DNA of 32,000 bases from Tannockella kyphosi (GTDB lineage: Bacteria; Bacillota_I; Bacilli_A; Erysipelotrichales; Coprobacillaceae). Below the pieces are notes generated by a model. That model was given only the letters and a program-made list of their open reading frames with translations, was not told the DNA's origin and did not search any database. A program made the position numbers and the translations under genes. The stretch covers positions 900,001-932,000 of the forward strand of contig NZ_CP088239.1 of NCBI RefSeq assembly GCF_021054785.1, in the 5' to 3' direction. Positions 1-8,410 of the stretch are shown one piece after another; within the stretch, counting starts at the first letter, position 1; each line of letters opens with the position of its first letter.

Positions 1-461
1 AGCTCTGCAGTTAGTTGTATGTATAGTTTTGTCTTTTGTTTAGTAAGACGAACTCTTTCATCACAATATACACGTAAGTCAGAAACAAGAAAGTCTTGAC
101 CTTGTGAATTGTTGTACTGATAAGAAAGAAGTTGAGCAATGGACATAGCATCAATTTTATCCGTCTTAGCATTACGAACTGATAAACCACGAAACTGTTT
201 TGAAATGATGGGATTAATAAGCTCACAGTGGTATCCAAGAGTAGAAAGATAAGAATGTAAGTTTTGATGGTAATGAGCAGTAGATTCAAAACCAATTAGA
301 ATATCTTCTTTATCAATAGAAGATATTTTGGAAAGTAATAAATGAAACCCTTCTTTTGAATTATCAAAAGGAAAAGGTTGGTGAATCACCTCACCATGAG
401 TTGTGATAACACAAGCATAATGCGTTGTTTTGGCAATATCAATGCCTACGTAATAAGTCAT
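1..461 (-). CDS. IS110-family (DEDD) transposase, N-terminal part; the ORF runs off the left window edge
   Basis: My own minus-strand translation from ATG 461-459 gives MTYYVGIDIAKTTHYACVITTHGEVIHQPFPFDNSKEGFHLLLSKISSIDKEDILIGFESTAHYHQNLHSYLSTLGYHCELINPIISKQFRGLSVRNAKTDKIDAMSIAQLL... The YVGIDIAK..H and GFE.T motifs are the IS110 DEDD N-terminal signature. SD AAAGGTGG lies about 9 nt upstream. It is absent from the supplied ORF track because no stop lies in the window; track ORF 11..295 is a different frame. Confidence 0.85.
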   Translation of the reverse strand, partial: MTYYVGIDIAKTTHYACVITTHGEVIHQPFPFDNSKEGFHLLLSKISSIDKEDILIGFESTAHYHQNLHSYLSTLGYHCELINPIISKQFRGLSVRNAKTDKIDAMSIAQLLSYQYNNSQGQDFLVSDLRVYCDERVRLTKQKTKLYIQLTAE

Positions 462-650
462 AAAAATAGACCACCTTTCTAGAACCTTGTCTATCCATGG
501 CAGTCTATATCTATATCCTTGCGTGACATAAAAGCATTAACGCTTATCCAACTATAAATTAAAAATATAGAGCCATGGTATTAGTCTCCTTTAAATGGAC
601 GAAAGCCATAGTAAAAATCAAAACATAGGTTCTATATCCATTATAACAAA
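1..650 (-). mobile_element. IS110-family insertion sequence, partial (5' non-coding end plus start of transposase). The outer boundary is not determinable and lies somewhere between about 580 and 660.
   Basis: Transposase ORF plus about 190 nt of structured non-coding DNA upstream of it. The conserved host gene yqeH starts at 711. Confidence 0.6.
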
Positions 651-710
651 TATAAGAAAGGAGCGTATGAAATTAGTGAAACAAGGATCATTAATATCAT
701 ACAAGAATAT

Positions 711-1808
711 ATGACTCAAGAATTAAAATGTTTTGGATGTGGTGCAATCATTCAAAGTGAAAATGAAAATAAGATAGGATTTGTACCAAAAAACGCAACT
801 AACAATGAACATGTTTTATGTCGTCGTTGTTTTCGAATGAAAAACTATCATGAGCTTCAACAAACATCTTTAACTAGTGATGACTTTTTAAATATATTAC
901 AAACAATTGGTCAACAAGATTGTTTAGTTGTTTATTTAATTGATGTATTTGATTTTAATGGAAGTTTAATTCAAGGCTTAACACGACATGTTAATAATAA
1001 TGATATATTAGTTATTGGTAATAAAAGAGATATTCTACCTAAATCTTTAAAAGATAGAAAAATTGAACATTGGATTCGTCGTCAATTAAAAGAACATAAT
1101 GTTAAACCGGTAGATGTTTTATTAACAAGTGGTATAAAAAATTATAATTTAGATGCACTTATGGAAAGTATTCATACTTATCGTAAAAATAGGAATGTCT
1201 ATGTAGTAGGTGTCACAAATGTTGGAAAATCATCAATGATTAATGCACTATTAACACACTATACCAAAGATAATACACATTTAATTACAACTAGTGAATT
1301 CCCAGGGACAACCCTTGATTTAATTGAAATACCATTAGATGAAACAACTTCCTTATATGATTCACCGGGTATTATTAATGTTCATCAAATGGCTCATTTA
1401 GTAAAGCCAGAGCATTTGAAAACGATTGTTCCTAAAACAGAACTTAGACCAAAAGGGTTTCAGCTATCTAGTCAACAAACTTTATACTTTGGAGGACTTG
1501 CGAGAATGGACTTTGTAAAAGGAGATAAATCTTCATTTACTTGTTATTTTCCACGACATTTAAATATAAGTCGTTGTAAACTAGAAAATGCGGATAAATC
1601 ATATTTAACAAATCATATGTTAGAACCTAAAATTGAAGAAATTGAAACAACAGTTCAAATGGAAAGCCATGACTTCACATTAGGGAAACATAAATCTGAT
1701 ATTGTTATCTCTGGTTTAGGATTTATTAGTGTTGAATCAAATAATGCTAAAATAACAATTAAAGCTCCTAAAGGAGTAGGTGTATTCTTACGAGAAGCAC
1801 TAATATAG
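711..1808 (+). CDS. yqeH: Ribosome biogenesis GTPase YqeH (circularly permuted GTPase with N-terminal zinc finger)
   Basis: N-terminal CxGCG...CRRCF zinc-ribbon. Permuted G motifs NKRD before GVTNVGKSS. Leads the conserved yqeH-yhbY-nadD-yqeK-rsfS-yqeM gene order. Confidence 0.9.
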   Translation: MTQELKCFGCGAIIQSENENKIGFVPKNATNNEHVLCRRCFRMKNYHELQQTSLTSDDFLNILQTIGQQDCLVVYLIDVFDFNGSLIQGLTRHVNNNDILVIGNKRDILPKSLKDRKIEHWIRRQLKEHNVKPVDVLLTSGIKNYNLDALMESIHTYRKNRNVYVVGVTNVGKSSMINALLTHYTKDNTHLITTSEFPGTTLDLIEIPLDETTSLYDSPGIINVHQMAHLVKPEHLKTIVPKTELRPKGFQLSSQQTLYFGGLARMDFVKGDKSSFTCYFPRHLNISRCKLENADKSYLTNHMLEPKIEEIETTVQMESHDFTLGKHKSDIVISGLGFISVESNNAKITIKAPKGVGVFLREALI

Positions 1809-1819
1809 AAAGGATATAT

Positions 1820-2107
1820 ATGTTAACAGGAAAACAAAAAAGATATTTAAGAGCTCAAGCTCATAATTTAAATGCTATTTTCCAAATTGGAAAAGAAGGG
1901 GTGCATCAAAATCAAATCAAAGGAATTATGACAGCCCTAGAAAACAAAGAACTAATTAAAATTAAAATTTTAGAATCATGTGCACAGTCTAAAAATGAAG
2001 TAGCCTTAGAAATAAGTATGCAAACAAAAGCAGATGTAGTTCAAATTTTAGGAAGAACCATTGTTTTATACAAACCAAGTCCAGAGAAAATTATTAAATT
2101 ACCTTAA
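1820..2107 (+). CDS. yhbY: YhbY/CRS1-type RNA-binding protein (B. subtilis YqeI homolog)
   Basis: 95 aa. The N-terminus LTGKQKRYLRAQAHNLNAIFQIGKEGV is typical of the YhbY family. Position in the operon is conserved. Confidence 0.85.
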   Translation: MLTGKQKRYLRAQAHNLNAIFQIGKEGVHQNQIKGIMTALENKELIKIKILESCAQSKNEVALEISMQTKADVVQILGRTIVLYKPSPEKIIKLP

Positions 2108-3207
2108 TGAAAATTGGTATCTTAGGTGGATCATTTGATCCAATTCACTTAGGTCATATCGATTTAATTACATATGCAAAATCAGCGTTACAATTAGATC
2201 GAATATTACTTATTCCTACTGGCAATAACCCTTGGAAAGAGGGGAGTTATGCAACGGATGAACAACGTTTAACAATGCTTCATATTGCGACTCGGAAAGA
2301 TAGTGATATTATCATTGAAACAATGGAATTAGAAGATAATGAAACAAAGAATTATACTATAAACACATTAGAAAAATTACAAAATAAATACAAAGATGAT
2401 ACTCTTTATTTAATAATGGGTATGGATCATGTTGAAAAGTTTCACTTATGGAAAAAAGCATCAAAAATTAGTGAATTAGTAAATTTAGTAGCCTTCCATC
2501 GAGGGGGATATCAAACATATCATGAAAATCTTGATAAATATCATTTTATCTTATTAGATAAACCAGCTCTTGAAATCTCAAGTAGTGCTATTCGAAATGG
2601 TGACACTAACTCTTTAGATAAAAAAGTTCGTAGCTATATTTTTAATAATGGAATTTATTTGGATACCGTGATTGCTAGTAAAATGTCTAAAAAAAGATAT
2701 GAACATAGTGCATCAATGACAAATATAGCAGTGAAAATTGCTGAAAACAACAATGTTGATACAACAAAAACATATGTTGCAGCTATGTTTCATGATATTG
2801 CAAAAGAATTAGATAAAACAGAAGCAAAGAAATTAATGAAAAAGCATTATCCTGAATATCTAGAAAAAGCACCTGTTTTATACCATCAATGGTTAGGGGC
2901 TTATCTAGCAAAAAAACAGTATGGTATAAAGGATAAAGAAATTTTAGAAGCTATTTGTAGTCATACAACTGGTAGTACGACAATGTCTAAGTTAGCTAAA
3001 TGTATTTATGTAGCTGATAAATATGATCCTTATCGTGGTTATGACTCAAGCAAGGAAATAGCTTTATGTATTAGTGATATTGATGCAGGATTTAGACAAT
3101 GCTTGATTGATTTTTATGAATATTCTAAAAAAGAGAATAGACCAATTGATCAATCATTTTATGAAATATATAAAATATATGTAACTAAAGGAGAAGAGAA
3201 TGAATAA
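2107..3207 (+). CDS. nadD: Fusion protein: nicotinate-nucleotide adenylyltransferase NadD (N-terminal, about 190 aa) + YqeK HD-domain Ap4A hydrolase (C-terminal)
   Basis: GGSFDPIHLGH (HxGH) and ISSSAIR (ISSTxxR) NadD motifs. These are followed in the same frame by the YqeK-type HD domain (RYEHS...MFHDIAKE...SHTTG...VADKYD). Confidence 0.9.
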   Translation: MKIGILGGSFDPIHLGHIDLITYAKSALQLDRILLIPTGNNPWKEGSYATDEQRLTMLHIATRKDSDIIIETMELEDNETKNYTINTLEKLQNKYKDDTLYLIMGMDHVEKFHLWKKASKISELVNLVAFHRGGYQTYHENLDKYHFILLDKPALEISSSAIRNGDTNSLDKKVRSYIFNNGIYLDTVIASKMSKKRYEHSASMTNIAVKIAENNNVDTTKTYVAAMFHDIAKELDKTEAKKLMKKHYPEYLEKAPVLYHQWLGAYLAKKQYGIKDKEILEAICSHTTGSTTMSKLAKCIYVADKYDPYRGYDSSKEIALCISDIDAGFRQCLIDFYEYSKKENRPIDQSFYEIYKIYVTKGEENE

Positions 3208-3544
3208 AGTAGAATTAATAGTAAAAGCATTAGATGAAAAAATGGCAGATAATATTGAAGTATTGGATATGCAATTAGCTAGTCCTATCTTTGATACTTT
3301 TATTATATGTACAGCAAGTAATGAAAGATTAATGCAAGCAATACGTGATAACGTACAAGATAAATTAGAAGAGAATGGTATTTTTGTTAAGAAAATTGAA
3401 GGTATGAAAAACAGTAAATGGATTTTAATGGATTATGCTGATGTTATTGTACATATTTTTGAAACAGAAGAAAGAAAAGCTTATAATTTAGAAAAATTAT
3501 GGGCAGATATGCCTAGAGTAAATATTGAAGGAATGATTGACTAA
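3200..3544 (+). CDS. rsfS: Ribosome silencing factor RsfS (YqeL)
   Basis: 114 aa. The DYADVIVHIF and YNLEKLW motifs are typical of RsfS/iojap. Overlaps the upstream gene by 8 nt. Operon position is conserved. Confidence 0.9.
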   Translation: MNKVELIVKALDEKMADNIEVLDMQLASPIFDTFIICTASNERLMQAIRDNVQDKLEENGIFVKKIEGMKNSKWILMDYADVIVHIFETEERKAYNLEKLWADMPRVNIEGMID

Positions 3545-4259
3545 TATGGCTTATGAGAAATTTGCGTATTATTATGATAGCTTAATGGATGAATCTTTTT
3601 ATGATGATTATTATACATTTATAAAAGAAAATGCTAAATATAACTCTATTTTGGAACTTGCTTGTGGAACTGGAGAATTAGCGATCCGTTTTAGCAAGGA
3701 TAACAAAGAAATTTATGCAACGGATATTTCTAAAGATATTTTAGAAGTAGCAAGAATAAAAGCAAATCATGAAAACGTAAATCTCTTACTTGCTAGAATT
3801 GATATGGTTGATTTTAAAATCGACAGACCTGTTGATTTGGTTTTATGTTCGTGTGATTCCATTAATTATGTCCTAAATACAAAAGATGTTACTCAAGTTT
3901 TTAAAAATGCTTATCAATCATTAAAATATAATGGTCATTTTATTTTTGATGTAAATAGTATGCACAAAATGAATGTTACATTAAATAATTATGTGGAGCA
4001 TAATGAAGATGAAGATTTTGTTTTTGATTGGAAAGTATCTTCTATTGGAATAGGCAAAGTGAAACATGAAATTTATATTGAAGATAAGATTGAAAATGAG
4101 AAGGTTAGTGAAACTCATATTCAACAAAGTTATGATGTTGATAAGTATGTTAAGTTATTAAACAAGGCTGGGTTTAAGGATATTGAATTATTTAGTGATT
4201 TTGGAAAATATAAAGAGGAATGTCAAAGAGTGATCTTTGTATGTAAGAAAGGAAGATAA
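3537..4259 (+). CDS. Class I SAM-dependent methyltransferase (YqeM-like)
   Basis: Motif I ILELACGTGELA. The size and the position after rsfS match B. subtilis yqeM. The start could instead be ATG 3546 (MAYEKF...). Confidence 0.8.
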   Translation: MTNMAYEKFAYYYDSLMDESFYDDYYTFIKENAKYNSILELACGTGELAIRFSKDNKEIYATDISKDILEVARIKANHENVNLLLARIDMVDFKIDRPVDLVLCSCDSINYVLNTKDVTQVFKNAYQSLKYNGHFIFDVNSMHKMNVTLNNYVEHNEDEDFVFDWKVSSIGIGKVKHEIYIEDKIENEKVSETHIQQSYDVDKYVKLLNKAGFKDIELFSDFGKYKEECQRVIFVCKKGR

Positions 4260-4261
4260 TA

Positions 4262-4954
4262 ATGATTGCAATTATTGGAGCTATGAGTGAAGAAGTAGCA
4301 GCTATTAGAGAATATTTAAATGATAGTAAAGAAATAATGTTACAAAACAATCCAGCATGGATTGGGAATGTTGCTGGTAAAGAAGTAATTGTATTACAAG
4401 GTGGTATTGGAAAAGTTAATACTGCTATTGTATGTACTTCATTATTTATCGAATATCCTCAAATAAATATTGTCTTGAATATTGGTTCAGCAGGAGGATT
4501 ATATACTTCTCAAAAAGTAGGAGATGTTGTTATTTCTTCTAAAGTAGTACATCATGATGTTGATGTTAGAGGATTTGATTATCCATTAGGACAAGTACCT
4601 GGAAGCTCTTTGTATTTTGAGGCAGATAAAGCACTAGTAGGACTGGCACAATCAGTTTTAAACAAAGAAGAATTAAAGGCTTCTATTGGTATTATTGCAT
4701 CAGGAGACCAGTTTATTTTTGAAAAGCAACAAGTGGAAATGATACAATCTAATTTCCCTGAAGCACTATGTGCTGAAATGGAAGCTGCTACAGTAGGGCA
4801 TGTATGTAGTAATTTTAACAAGAGATTTATTATTGTACGTTCATTAAGTGATGTCTTTGGTGGTGAACCTTCAAATATTCAATTCAATGAATATTTAGAG
4901 ATTGCTAGTAAAAACTCAGCAAAATTGTGTGTTGCAATTATTCAACAATTATAA
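4262..4954 (+). CDS. mtnN: 5'-methylthioadenosine/S-adenosylhomocysteine nucleosidase
   Basis: MIAIIGAMSEE N-terminus, GIGKVNTA, and the SGDQF...AEMEAA motifs typical of Pfs/MtnN. Confidence 0.9.
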   Translation: MIAIIGAMSEEVAAIREYLNDSKEIMLQNNPAWIGNVAGKEVIVLQGGIGKVNTAIVCTSLFIEYPQINIVLNIGSAGGLYTSQKVGDVVISSKVVHHDVDVRGFDYPLGQVPGSSLYFEADKALVGLAQSVLNKEELKASIGIIASGDQFIFEKQQVEMIQSNFPEALCAEMEAATVGHVCSNFNKRFIIVRSLSDVFGGEPSNIQFNEYLEIASKNSAKLCVAIIQQL

Positions 4955-7221
4955 TGAAAAATATAGAATTATTAGCTCCAGCAGGTAGTTATGAAGCATT
5001 TATTGCAGCTATCCAAAATGGAGCTAATGCTGTTTATTTAGGTGGAAATGATTTTAGTGCCCGAGCATTTGCTACTAACTTTACAAATGAAGAAATTGTA
5101 GATGCTGTTCGATATGCCCATCTAAGAAATGCAAAAGTATTTGTAACAGTAAATACTTTATACCAAGATGATCAATTTTTAAAATTATATGAATATATTA
5201 CTTTTTTGTATAACAATCAAGTAGATGCCCTTATCATTCAAGATATTGGACTATTGCATATGGTAAAAGAATGTTTTCCTGATTTAGAGGTTCATATGTC
5301 AACCCAAGCAAGTATTTATAATAAAGAAACAGCCCAATATTATGAAAAGTTAGGTGTTGATCGAATTGTTTTGGCAAGAGAAAATACGATAGAAGAAATT
5401 AATGAAATATGTACTTCAACAAATTTAGATGTTGAGGTTTTTGTTCATGGTGCTCTTTGCATGGGGTACTCTGGACAATGTTTGTTTAGTAGCTTTTTAA
5501 CTGATCGAAGTGGTAATAAAGGATCATGTTCACAACCTTGTCGATTACCATATCGACTTACTCTAAATGATAAGGATATTAGTTTAAAAAATACATTTTT
5601 ATTATCTCCAAAAGATTTATGTACTATTGAACATGTAGATAAACTAATAGAGTCCGGAATTCATTCATTTAAAATAGAAGGAAGAATGAAAAGACCGGAA
5701 TATGTAGCAACAATTGTTAAACAATATCGTTTAGCTATCGATACTTATTTAAAAAGAAAATCACTTGATCAAACAGAAATGATGATACATAAAATGAAGA
5801 CAATGTTTAATCGTGGATTTACTAACGGACATATTTTTAGTGAGACCGATTTATTATCAGGACAATTTTCTGGTAATAAAGGTTTAGAAATAGGAAAAAT
5901 AACAGGCTATTCACATAAGAACAAACTTCTTTCTATTAAACTATCACAAGAAATACATCAAAATGATCGTATTCTTTTTCATAGTAAAGATCTCCCTAGG
6001 ACAATAACAAAGTTATATTATCAAGGTCGTTTAGTTAATAGTGGCAAACCAGATCAAATAGTTCAAATAGAAATGAATCAAAATATTCCAATCGATGAAG
6101 TTGTGTATCGTATTTATGATATTCATGAAATTAAACAAGCAAATCAATCGTATCAAATAGAAACTATTAAAATACCTATCACCATGAAATTCACTGTTGA
6201 AGATCAGTATCCTGTTTTATGTGCTGAATATAGTGGCATTGTTGTATCTTACACATCACAATCGAAAATAGAAAAAGCAATAAAAACGGAACTTTCTATA
6301 GACCGTATTGAATCACAATTAAAAAAATTAGGTAATACAATATATACTTTAAAAAATGTATTTATTGATTTCCCTACGGGTTACACTTTTTCTATTAAAG
6401 AATTAAATGAAATGAGAAGAATTATTATTGAAAAACTATCTCTAAAGAGATTAGAAGTATATCCTCGTAAGTCTAAAAATGATTTCATGATTGTCTCTAA
6501 ACAAAAATATCAAACTGATTTTCAGTATGTACTAAAAGTCACTTCTCTTAGTCAATTAAAAACAGTAGTTAATTATAGTGTAGAAGAAATCTATTGTTCA
6601 ATGGAAGAAGATATAAACCAAGCTTTTACATGTTTTGAAGAACATAATAAAAAGATATGTTTCTATACTGATTTTTTAACAACAAGCAAAACAATATTAA
6701 ATTTCATAAACAGTGGACACATCCATAAAGTCCACAAAGTAATGGTAAGTGATATAAGAGCATATCAACTTTTAAAAGAGCATGTGACATGTGTATTGGA
6801 CAGTAATCACAATATTTATAACTCTTATGCCTTAAAACACTTTAATCAAAATGATGTCGTTCTATCAAAAGAATGTAGTGATATACAAATTAAAAATTTG
6901 AACTATAGCCAATCAGTATATATGTATGTATATGGTTTTATGGAAGTAATGACATTAAAACACTGTGTTATTAGTAATCATTATTATCAAAAAAAGGTAG
7001 TCGGATGTAATGCTTGTTTGAAAGGTCAATATAGTATTAGTGATGGTAAAAAAACTTTTAAAATAAAAGTGGATTCATCATGTAATAATCATATCTATCA
7101 TTATCAACCAATATATAAAAAGAATATAAAAGAACTAGGTGTAAACTATGGTATCTTAGATTTTACTTTTGAAAGTGATGAAGAAATAATAAATGTATTA
7201 AATGAGTTTTCTATTTATTAG
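4954..7221 (+). CDS. Long-form peptidase-U32 family protein (Fe-S, probable O2-independent hydroxylase type) with C-terminal extension
   Basis: The start was moved to ATG 4954 (MKNIELLAPAGS, the canonical U32 N-terminus), which overlaps the mtnN stop as TAATG. The CX6CX15CX3C cysteine motif is at 5458-5541. Confidence 0.85.
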   Translation: MKNIELLAPAGSYEAFIAAIQNGANAVYLGGNDFSARAFATNFTNEEIVDAVRYAHLRNAKVFVTVNTLYQDDQFLKLYEYITFLYNNQVDALIIQDIGLLHMVKECFPDLEVHMSTQASIYNKETAQYYEKLGVDRIVLARENTIEEINEICTSTNLDVEVFVHGALCMGYSGQCLFSSFLTDRSGNKGSCSQPCRLPYRLTLNDKDISLKNTFLLSPKDLCTIEHVDKLIESGIHSFKIEGRMKRPEYVATIVKQYRLAIDTYLKRKSLDQTEMMIHKMKTMFNRGFTNGHIFSETDLLSGQFSGNKGLEIGKITGYSHKNKLLSIKLSQEIHQNDRILFHSKDLPRTITKLYYQGRLVNSGKPDQIVQIEMNQNIPIDEVVYRIYDIHEIKQANQSYQIETIKIPITMKFTVEDQYPVLCAEYSGIVVSYTSQSKIEKAIKTELSIDRIESQLKKLGNTIYTLKNVFIDFPTGYTFSIKELNEMRRIIIEKLSLKRLEVYPRKSKNDFMIVSKQKYQTDFQYVLKVTSLSQLKTVVNYSVEEIYCSMEEDINQAFTCFEEHNKKICFYTDFLTTSKTILNFINSGHIHKVHKVMVSDIRAYQLLKEHVTCVLDSNHNIYNSYALKHFNQNDVVLSKECSDIQIKNLNYSQSVYMYVYGFMEVMTLKHCVISNHYYQKKVVGCNACLKGQYSISDGKKTFKIKVDSSCNNHIYHYQPIYKKNIKELGVNYGILDFTFESDEEIINVLNEFSIY

Positions 7222-7225
7222 TGAC

Positions 7226-7270
7226 AAAACATAGAAAATTCCGATATTTTCTATGTTTTTCTTCTTTTTT
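7226..7270 (+). terminator. Rho-independent terminator of the yqeH...U32 operon
   Basis: AAAACATAGAAAAT (7226-7239) pairs perfectly with ATTTTCTATGTTTT (7246-7259). A T-rich tract follows. Confidence 0.8.
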
Positions 7271-7335
7271 ATGACAATATATTTATTAGGTAATTTCTAA
7301 AATAATAGACATATTTGCATTATTTCAAAAAAATA

Positions 7336-7364
7336 TTGTATTTTTCTTTTGAAAATGCTAAAAT
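7336..7364 (+). promoter_or_regulatory. Sigma-70-type promoter for the XRE regulator gene
   Basis: TTGTAT - 17 nt - TAAAAT, with a TGc extended -10. Lies 20 nt upstream of the SD/ATG at 7384. Confidence 0.45.
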
Positions 7365-7383
7365 TTTGATAGGAGGTAGATAT

Positions 7384-7722
7384 ATGGCAATAGATCTAGA
7401 ACTTGCAAAAAGATTAAAATCATATCGTAACTTTAAACATTTAACACAAAAAGAAGTGGCAACATATTTAAATGTTCCTCATTCAGCAATCTCAGATATT
7501 GAAAACGGAAAAAGAGATATTACTGTAGAAGAATTAAAAATATTCTCTCATTTATATGGTCGTAGTGTAGAAGAAATAATGAGTGGTAAAAAATATGATT
7601 ATTATAATATCGCTAATATTGCAAGATTACTAACGGAACTACCTGATTCAGACTTAAAAGAAGTTATGTTTATTATTGAATATAAACGTAAACGCAATGA
7701 AGAAAGACAAAAACAAAAATAG
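7384..7722 (+). CDS. XRE-family helix-turn-helix transcriptional regulator (112 aa)
   Basis: Start chosen at ATG 7384 behind SD AGGAGG. The LTQKEVATYLNVPHSAISDIENGKR HTH_3 motif is present. The 23-codon upstream extension in the ORF track lacks an SD. Confidence 0.8.
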   Translation: MAIDLELAKRLKSYRNFKHLTQKEVATYLNVPHSAISDIENGKRDITVEELKIFSHLYGRSVEEIMSGKKYDYYNIANIARLLTELPDSDLKEVMFIIEYKRKRNEERQKQK

Positions 7723-7747
7723 GTGATTCATCATCTATTTTTGTTTT
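7710..7747. terminator. Bidirectional hairpin spanning both convergent stop codons (XRE / phosphoesterase)
   Basis: AAAACAAAAATAG (7710-7722) is the perfect reverse complement of CTATTTTTGTTTT (7735-7747), with a 12-nt loop. The stem is AT-rich, so terminator strength is uncertain. Confidence 0.45.
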
Positions 7748-8283
7748 ATTAATAAATATTTTATTTTATTCATCGTATCTCGTCCATTTTTTAGCACTTT
7801 TTTGCTACACTCATCATGGGTTATGTGGTGATAAAATTGGACATCAATATTATTGTCAATGGTAACGATGGCATAGGTTCCAAATCCATAACTAGCACGA
7901 TTAATCATTAAACTTCCTGGATTGATAATTGTTATTGCATCATTTTTGTAATAACTAGGAATATGAGTATGGCCATGCAAACATAAATCAATATCATTTT
8001 TCAACATATAAGATTCAATCATTTGATAATCAGTATAAACATTATGTTTATGTCCATGTAAAATTAATATTTTTTTTCCACCTATTGAAATGATTTTTTC
8101 CAAAGGAAAATAATCATCATCATGATTACCTAAAACAACATGAAATTTTTTCAATAAAGGATCACTGGCTTTTAAAGAAGAATCCCCACAATGAATATAT
8201 GCATCCATAGCAGGATGTTTTTTTATCACATTTTCTAGAATTTCATTCTCTAAATGAGAATCACTTACAACTAATATTTTCAT
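7735..8283 (-). CDS. YfcE/MJ0936-family metallophosphoesterase
   Basis: The calcineurin-like motifs appear in order: SDSH, CGDS, GNHD, LHGH, GHTH. Confidence 0.85.
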   Translation of the reverse strand: MKILVVSDSHLENEILENVIKKHPAMDAYIHCGDSSLKASDPLLKKFHVVLGNHDDDYFPLEKIISIGGKKILILHGHKHNVYTDYQMIESYMLKNDIDLCLHGHTHIPSYYKNDAITIINPGSLMINRASYGFGTYAIVTIDNNIDVQFYHHITHDECSKKVLKNGRDTMNKIKYLLIKQK

Positions 8284-8358
8284 TTCTATACCTTCTTTTT
8301 TTTATTATAGCATATGCTTTTCACTTTTGCTAAAATTCTTTTTTTTCAAAAGAAAGTG

Positions 8359-8387
8359 TTTACAAAAGAAGGTTTTATTGTTAAAAT
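8359..8387 (+). promoter_or_regulatory. Sigma-70-type promoter for the PTS EIIB gene
   Basis: TTTACA - 17 nt - TAAAAT, with a TGt extended -10. Confidence 0.5.
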
Positions 8388-8410
8388 TAATTTATAGAAA
8401 AAAGGAGTGT

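Noticed and set aside
11-295. 94-aa minus-strand ORF from the supplied track
   Set aside because: It lies in a different frame from the clear IS110 transposase reading frame covering 1-461. It is low-complexity and Leu/Ile/Phe-rich, and has no SD.
4579-4821. Antisense ORFs inside well-supported genes. Track entries 4579..4821, 9271..9786, 11766..11972, 16269..16493, 17442..17657, 17627..18013, 18551..18928, 19277..19504, 19357..19599, 19977..20174, 24802..25047 and 27036..27236.
   Set aside because: All lie fully within, and antisense to, genes with strong family signatures. They have odd composition, no ribosome-binding sites and no recognisable motifs. They are typical shadow ORFs of AT-rich DNA.
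4927-4953. N-terminal extensions in the ORF track. Affected genes: U32 4927, XRE 7315, EIIB 8327, xerD 21209, spo0A 24007, ABC 28742 and the C92-like gene 30061.
   Set aside because: In each case an internal ATG is preceded by a good SD and yields the canonical family N-terminus. The extensions overlap promoters, operators or upstream genes.
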